64,000 nucleotides of DNA from Phycisphaeraceae bacterium (lineage in GTDB: Bacteria > Planctomycetota > Phycisphaerae > Phycisphaerales > Phycisphaeraceae), in contig OY771506.1 of NCBI GenBank assembly GCA_963674705.1, positions 864,001 through 928,000 on the forward strand, given 5' to 3'. The notes beneath the pieces are model-generated. The model was given only the letters and a program-made list of their open reading frames with translations. It did not search any database and was not told where the DNA came from. Positions within the stretch are counted from its first letter, which is position 1; the number at the start of each line of letters is the position of its first letter. The position numbers and the translations under genes were made by a program. Shown here piece after piece: positions 58,734 through 64,000 of this stretch.

Positions 58734-60217
58734 TTGAGGTTGCGCTCCTTGATCGGCTTGGCTGGATTACCCACACACACCATCCTCGGAGGCAGGTCCT
58801 TGTATGCGCTGGACCTCGCCCCGACCACGGTCAGGTCGCCGATGTTCACACCCGGCCCGATGAAGGCGTCCGTGCCGATCCACACATCCGAACCCACCGT
58901 CACCGGCGAACGGATCAGCTTGAATGCATGGTCCGCGTAGTCGTGTGTGCCGGCACACAGATGTGCATACTGGCTGATGATAGAACGCTTGCCGATCTGT
59001 ACCTTACCCAGGCTGTAAATGATCGCGTAGTCGCCGATCGTCGCATCGTCTTCGATCTCGACCATCCACGGCACTTCGATGTTGACAGATGGTCGGATGG
59101 CAACCCCCGTACCGACCTTCGCGCCGAACAGCCGCAGCAGTCTCGCCCTGAATCCATACCAGTTGTGGAAACTGATGCGGAAGATCGGCTTGCCGAACAC
59201 CATCCAGATCGCACGCCCGAGTTTTTCCTTGAAACTCCAGGGGCTCGCCTCCGGCTGCATCTGCATCACACCGACCTGGGGTTCGGGCGCCGGCGGCAGC
59301 TTCTGTTCAGACCCGGTCACCGTGCCTTCGGCCTGCGATAACGCGGACGCCGACGCCTCGGGCATCTCCGTTTGCGTTCGTTCCGCCTTCTTGTGCTGCC
59401 GCAACAACTCGCGAAGTTTCAAAGCCACCATCGAATCGTACGTCGCGATGAATCGGCAGAACTCAAAACCCACCGCACCGTCCAGCACGCCCAGCTTGAT
59501 CACGTACATGTAAAGGAAACGCCAGAGCGACGGCATCGGAACGAACTGTGTCACGTTACGCTTCAACCAACGCCGGCGGCGCGTCTCAGACGTCACGTTC
59601 GCACTCTTGCCCTGCAACTCCGGCTTCGTGATCTCGGTGAACAACTGCTTCGATTCAAGCGTCGAGTAACGGTTGTGCTTCGCGAAGTAATGCTCGAGCC
59701 CGCGGCGGTCCTCGTGCAACATCGGCTCTTTAATCTTGCCGATCGGGTCGTCGATGATGATGTGCTCGTGAACCAGCCGGTTCTCGTAACGTCCCATGTT
59801 GCGCTTGAAGAAGCGCATGTTCCAACTGGGGTAGTACCCGCAATGCCGGATCGGCCGATCCAGGAAGAACGTCAGCCGGTTGATGAAAAACCCGTTCTCC
59901 GGCACCTCGTCTACGGGCTTCTCCGCCAGCGCCACCAGCATGTTCCGCAACTTGGGCGTGATCACCTCGTCCGCGTCCACGATCAACAGCCACGGCGACT
60001 CGAACGGCAGGTTCTCCATCCCCCAGTTCTTCTGCTCGGCATACCCGGGCCAATCGTGGTGTACCACCTCCGCACCGAATGACCGTGCGATCTCCTGCGT
60101 CCCGTCCGTCGACCCCGAGTCGATCACGAAAACCTTGTTCGTCCAGCCCTGAAGGGCCTGCAAACAGTGAGGCAGGTTCAATGCCTCATTAAACGTAATG
60201 ATCATGACATCGATCAT
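58730..60217 (-). CDS. GT2 glycosyltransferase fused to a WcaF-like acetyltransferase
   Basis: IITFNEA, DSGSTDGT, VDADE, VHEH, KHNRYS; C-terminal LRLFGAKVG..PW..SQYAHLCAGTHDY..GNPAK. Confidence 0.9.
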   Translation of the reverse strand: MIDVMIITFNEALNLPHCLQALQGWTNKVFVIDSGSTDGTQEIARSFGAEVVHHDWPGYAEQKNWGMENLPFESPWLLIVDADEVITPKLRNMLVALAEKPVDEVPENGFFINRLTFFLDRPIRHCGYYPSWNMRFFKRNMGRYENRLVHEHIIIDDPIGKIKEPMLHEDRRGLEHYFAKHNRYSTLESKQLFTEITKPELQGKSANVTSETRRRRWLKRNVTQFVPMPSLWRFLYMYVIKLGVLDGAVGFEFCRFIATYDSMVALKLRELLRQHKKAERTQTEMPEASASALSQAEGTVTGSEQKLPPAPEPQVGVMQMQPEASPWSFKEKLGRAIWMVFGKPIFRISFHNWYGFRARLLRLFGAKVGTGVAIRPSVNIEVPWMVEIEDDATIGDYAIIYSLGKVQIGKRSIISQYAHLCAGTHDYADHAFKLIRSPVTVGSDVWIGTDAFIGPGVNIGDLTVVGARSSAYKDLPPRMVCVGNPAKPIKERNLK

Positions 60218-60456
60218 GGTTGTCCTTCAAACGAACACGGTCCGTAACCCCGATAATCATCAAAGCTTACAAAGATACCTTAGTATATCGGTCCGGATCG
60301 ACCCCCACGCCACGGCCGATCCGCGAATCCCGCCTGTTCGTATCAGTCAGGCAAGGTATCGTATATCTGAGCAAAGGACACATTAGCTGAAAAATCCAGT
60401 TAGTACCGACCGCCACCGCGCCGATGTACTGCTTAGAGCCCCGGTCGACTACAAAT

Positions 60457-61755
60457 ATGCATATTATCCTTCTTAATCAGGCTTTTTATCCGGACCATGC
60501 CGCCACCGCACAACACGCGCATGACCTGGCCCGATATCTGGTCGACCACGGCCACAAGGTCTCCGTCGTCGCCTCACGCTCGATCTACGGCTCAAAGGGC
60601 GCCGCCCTGCCCAAACGTGAGACCGTCGACGGCATCGAAATCCACCGCGTCGGCAAGAGCCTGTTCGGCAAGGCCTCCATCCTTGCACGGTTGATCGACT
60701 TCGCCCTTTTTTACGTCCTCGCCCTGATCAAAGTTCTGACTATCAAAAAACCGGACGTCATCGTCCCCTTCTCCACGCCCCCGTTTATCGCACTGGTCGG
60801 CTGGGCACTCAAAGTCGTCAAACGATGCAAAACCGTCTACTGGGTCATGGACCTCTACCCCGACGTCCCGATCGCGTTCGGCCTGATGAAAAGAACCAGT
60901 CTTTCGGCACGCATGCTTGAGAAGATCCACCGCTTCATCTTTAACCACTCCGACTGCTCGGTCGCGCTCGGCCGATGCATGCGCGATCATCTGATCAGCA
61001 AAGGCATCCCGCCACAGAAACTCGCGCTCATCCCGCCGTGGGCCGACATCGATGAACTCGAACCGCTGCCGCGCGATCAGAACCCGTTCAGAGAAAAATG
61101 GGAACTGCAGGATAAAACCGTCGTGATGTACTCGGGCAACCTCGGCCTCGCACACGACATCGCCACCATCCGCGACGCGATCGAACAACTCAAAGACCGC
61201 GACGATATCCGCTTCGTCTTCGTCGGCGGCGGCAAGCACATGGCCCAGTTGCAGAACTACTGCGAAGAAAACCAACTCAACAACGCGATCTTCAAACCCT
61301 ACCAGCCGCGCGAAGAAATCGGCGCTTCGCTGAGCCTCGCAGACCTGCACCTGATCAGTCAGACCGAATCCATGACCGGCCTGCTCGTGCCGTCCAAGCT
61401 CTACGGCATCATGGCAGCGGGACGCGCCTCCGTCTTCATCGGCAGCGATAAAGCAGAGGTCGGCCTCGTCCTCCAGGAAAACAACGCCGGCAAGGTCGTA
61501 CCTGTTGGTGATGTGCAAGCACTCAAAGACGCGATCACACAACTCGCGGTCGATCCGCAAACCTGCAAGCAGATGGGCGATGCCGCACGCCGCGCCATGA
61601 CCGAGCGATACGACCGCCGACACTCCTGCGCCGCGTGGGAAAAACTGCTCGTTGCATGCGTGTCGGGGAAACAAAACGAATCAACCGACGCTAAGCCTGC
61701 CGAAGATAATCCTGTCAAACCCGCTGAACCCGTCGGCGCAAACGGACCCGATTGA
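60457..61755 (+). CDS. GT4 glycosyltransferase (WcaI/WbuB-like)
   Basis: NQAFYPD, STPP, WVMDLYPD, YSGNLGLAH, VPSKLYGIMAAG. Confidence 0.9.
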   Translation: MHIILLNQAFYPDHAATAQHAHDLARYLVDHGHKVSVVASRSIYGSKGAALPKRETVDGIEIHRVGKSLFGKASILARLIDFALFYVLALIKVLTIKKPDVIVPFSTPPFIALVGWALKVVKRCKTVYWVMDLYPDVPIAFGLMKRTSLSARMLEKIHRFIFNHSDCSVALGRCMRDHLISKGIPPQKLALIPPWADIDELEPLPRDQNPFREKWELQDKTVVMYSGNLGLAHDIATIRDAIEQLKDRDDIRFVFVGGGKHMAQLQNYCEENQLNNAIFKPYQPREEIGASLSLADLHLISQTESMTGLLVPSKLYGIMAAGRASVFIGSDKAEVGLVLQENNAGKVVPVGDVQALKDAITQLAVDPQTCKQMGDAARRAMTERYDRRHSCAAWEKLLVACVSGKQNESTDAKPAEDNPVKPAEPVGANGPD

Positions 61756-62357
61756 TGAGCGATCACCAGTCAAACCAATCTCCCGACCCCGTGTTTCAAC
61801 GGCTGGACCGCGTCGAAGGATATCCCTACCCGCTTAGCATGTATATCCGCCGGTTCGCTTGGGGGATCGTGCAATCCACCTGCATCCGCCTGAGCCCGGC
61901 TCGTGCGATGGGCTGGCGCCGTTTCTGGCTGCGATTCTTCGGCGCAAAGGTCGGCAAGCTTGCTGGCATCCGCCCCACCACGCGCATCTTCGCCCCCTGG
62001 CAATTACAGCTCGACGACTTCGCTATGCTCGGCGACAACGTCACCGTCTACAACCTAGGCAACATCCGCATCGGCGAACACTCCGTCGTCTCGCAGAACG
62101 CGCATCTCTGCGCCGGCACACACGATTACACCAAGCAGAACCTGCCGCTGATACGCAGTGAAATAAACATCGGCCGCGGCGTCTGGGTCTGCGCCGACGC
62201 CTTCGTCGGCCCGGGTGTCACCATCGCTGACAACGCCGTCATCGGCGCACGGGCGGTTGTGATGAAAAATGTCGACCCCGGCATGGTCGTTGCGGGTAAC
62301 CCGGCAAAGGTCATCAAGCAACGCAACACCACGCCGCCAACCACCACCACCACCTGA
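61755..62357 (+). CDS. wcaF: WcaF-like O-acetyltransferase
   Basis: LRFFGAKVG, APWQLQL, SQNAHLCAGTHDY, WVCADAFVGPGV, VAGNPAK; TGATG coupling to the upstream GT. Confidence 0.88.
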   Translation: MSDHQSNQSPDPVFQRLDRVEGYPYPLSMYIRRFAWGIVQSTCIRLSPARAMGWRRFWLRFFGAKVGKLAGIRPTTRIFAPWQLQLDDFAMLGDNVTVYNLGNIRIGEHSVVSQNAHLCAGTHDYTKQNLPLIRSEINIGRGVWVCADAFVGPGVTIADNAVIGARAVVMKNVDPGMVVAGNPAKVIKQRNTTPPTTTTT

Positions 62358-62399
62358 CCAAAGCAAACCCAATCTAGCGCCGCCACCGGTCGGCATTGA

Positions 62400-64000
62400 T
62401 TATCGACGACGGATACAAACCAAGCCAAGCATAAACATGGCAACTGTTGTCGGCTCCGGGATGCTGTGCTTCCAAACCGGCGCACTACCTGCATTCCAGT
62501 TACTCAGGATGATGTCCAGATCATCAAGACCGACGAAGCCGTCACCCGAAAAGTCTCCATGCAATAGATCGTTCGCTGTCACAATCTTGTTCCAATTGCC
62601 AAGGACAATATCCAGGTCGTCGATACCGACGAAACCATCCCCATCATGATCCCCCGCGATCGGACTGATGATAGACTGGTAACGCGCAAGCAGTTCCGCC
62701 GCTTCGATCGCGTAGTTGTTATATCGAAGCAGCGCAATCTCGCCCCGCAATCCGCCGCCGACGAACGGCAAATCGCCCAGCCCGCCGTTAGCCCCCAAGC
62801 CGTCGCCGCCGATATTACCCAGGCCCGCCTCATCGAAACCATCCCAATCGATCTCGGCCAGCCCGAGTTCGCCATCCAATCGCGCCTGCAACTGGCCGTT
62901 CATGTAGATCTCGATGTACCGATCGCCCGGATCGTCTGAAAAAACCGCCGCCAACTGGATAAACTCCGTGATGGGGTCTGCGTGGTCGTTGATCGGTGCA
63001 GTCAGGCTCAAGTAGTTGCCATCGGCGCCGAGAATCCGGAAACGTATATCGTCACACAATCCATCGGCGTCACCGTCGCCAAGGGTGATTGACAGCCCGC
63101 TTGTTTCATCACCGGATTCAAGCAGCACCTGCTCGCTATTCAGATCGTCCAGGCGAAGCCAGAACTCGAACGAGGCCGAATGGTCCGCATCAAAAACGTC
63201 CGGCTTCTGGGGGTCGGATACGCGGAAAAAGGTATGGGACATCACATCGTCCCCATCAAAGCGCAAGGCCTGAGACGCCAGCCCGGCGGGCTGTCCGGTC
63301 GTGGCGACAAACGCCGGTGCGTTCACACCCGTTCCGCTCATCCAATGCTCACGGAAGTATTCATCCACATCGACTAACGAACGCCACGCGCCCGACGTCT
63401 GCCCGGGCGCCCCGGCGTTCCAGATCAATTCAATGTTGTCGGCCACATCGTACGGCAACGACGCGTCAGCCGCGATTAACCACGCTTCGAGTTTGGCCCT
63501 TAATTCCGCGACTTTTTCAGGCATCTCCCGGGCAAGGTTAAGAGGCGAATTCGGGTTGTTGCTTTCCTCAATATTCGCGGCCAGGTTAAACAGCAGGTAA
63601 GTATCCGCAACGTTGTCGTGGCCGTAGACCTTGATGAGCTTGTAGTCTCCCGAACGCACCGCGGATACGGGGCTGACGCCATTCATCGCACCCTCGCCGC
63701 CATTTAGATAATGCGGGATATGCCAGTACAACTCGCCGTTCGGCCCATACGCCCTCTCGATCGCATCCATGCCTTCAGGCAAAGCGCCTTCATTGAACAG
63801 CAAGGGCGTCAAGTCGCCGCCCTCCACCCCGTCGGGCAACGGGATTGTGGAATTGACCAGCGAAGCGATGGTCGGAACATAGTCATACAAACTCACGGGA
63901 ACATCGCTGTAACTGCCCGCCTCTATGCCCGGCCCCTTAACGATCATCGGGATGCGGATGCCGCCTTCATAGATGGATCCCTTGCCGTCGGTAAGCGGCA
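62400..64000 (-). CDS. Sulfatase with LamG-like domain, dockerin pair and PEP-CTERM (3' part; N-terminus outside the window)
   Basis: PLTDGKGSIYEGGIRIPMIVKGPG, LYWHIPHY, SAVRSGDYKLI, LFNL; LamG-like ASFEFW..YMNG; IPEP-TM-RRR tail. Confidence 0.88.
   Translation of the reverse strand, partial: PLTDGKGSIYEGGIRIPMIVKGPGIEAGSYSDVPVSLYDYVPTIASLVNSTIPLPDGVEGGDLTPLLFNEGALPEGMDAIERAYGPNGELYWHIPHYLNGGEGAMNGVSPVSAVRSGDYKLIKVYGHDNVADTYLLFNLAANIEESNNPNSPLNLAREMPEKVAELRAKLEAWLIAADASLPYDVADNIELIWNAGAPGQTSGAWRSLVDVDEYFREHWMSGTGVNAPAFVATTGQPAGLASQALRFDGDDVMSHTFFRVSDPQKPDVFDADHSASFEFWLRLDDLNSEQVLLESGDETSGLSITLGDGDADGLCDDIRFRILGADGNYLSLTAPINDHADPITEFIQLAAVFSDDPGDRYIEIYMNGQLQARLDGELGLAEIDWDGFDEAGLGNIGGDGLGANGGLGDLPFVGGGLRGEIALLRYNNYAIEAAELLARYQSIISPIAGDHDGDGFVGIDDLDIVLGNWNKIVTANDLLHGDFSGDGFVGLDDLDIILSNWNAGSAPVWKHSIPEPTTVAMFMLGLVCIRRR

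Noticed and set aside
62325..62354. (ACC)n run at the end of wcaF as a phase-variation tract
   Set aside because: Short in-frame triplet run encoding a Thr tail; slippage would not shift the frame.

Overview
Gene-dense, GC-rich bacterial chromosomal window, most likely Planctomycetota (class Phycisphaerae). The inference rests on a planctomycete LEPR-XLL export motif, a fused AroD-AroE, many PEP-CTERM proteins with GDxxGDGFVGLDDLDIVLxNW dockerin-like repeats, and a CxxCxYxLRGL..RCPECG zinc ribbon. Contents in order: the 5' part of an autotransporter-like adhesin; a PfkB kinase plus FSA-type aldolase pair; aroDE; SDR, CE7 esterase and SYLF lipoprotein; standalone MshEN, SH3, receiver-Hpt, M50-like and subtilase genes; glf plus GT2; GH78; gmd/fcl split by an odd acyl-carrier-protein gene; transglutaminase and LD-carboxypeptidase; several large secreted dockerin/PEP-CTERM proteins; an ECF sigma/anti-sigma/Spy module divergent from a secreted (Asp-X)n Cys-rich repeat protein; murJ and vanZ; a Wzx/Wzy polysaccharide locus with two sulfotransferases and four acetyltransferase domains; and the 3' part of a PEP-CTERM sulfatase. 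I saw no rRNA, tRNA, CRISPR array, transposase or phage genes. Best candidates for something new: (1) the ECF mini-regulon, whose promoter motif CCGCAGGCG-N13-ACGTT can be read directly in two copies, one upstream of the Asp/Cys repeat protein; (2) a natural FSA aldolase variant with D6A/T26I-equivalent changes and no recognisable phosphate site; (3) a circularly permuted ACP with a zinc-ribbon linker; (4) a sulfated, multiply O-acetylated polysaccharide locus; (5) a dockerin cassette that appears inserted inside other domains. All calls come from reading motifs by eye; no searches were run.
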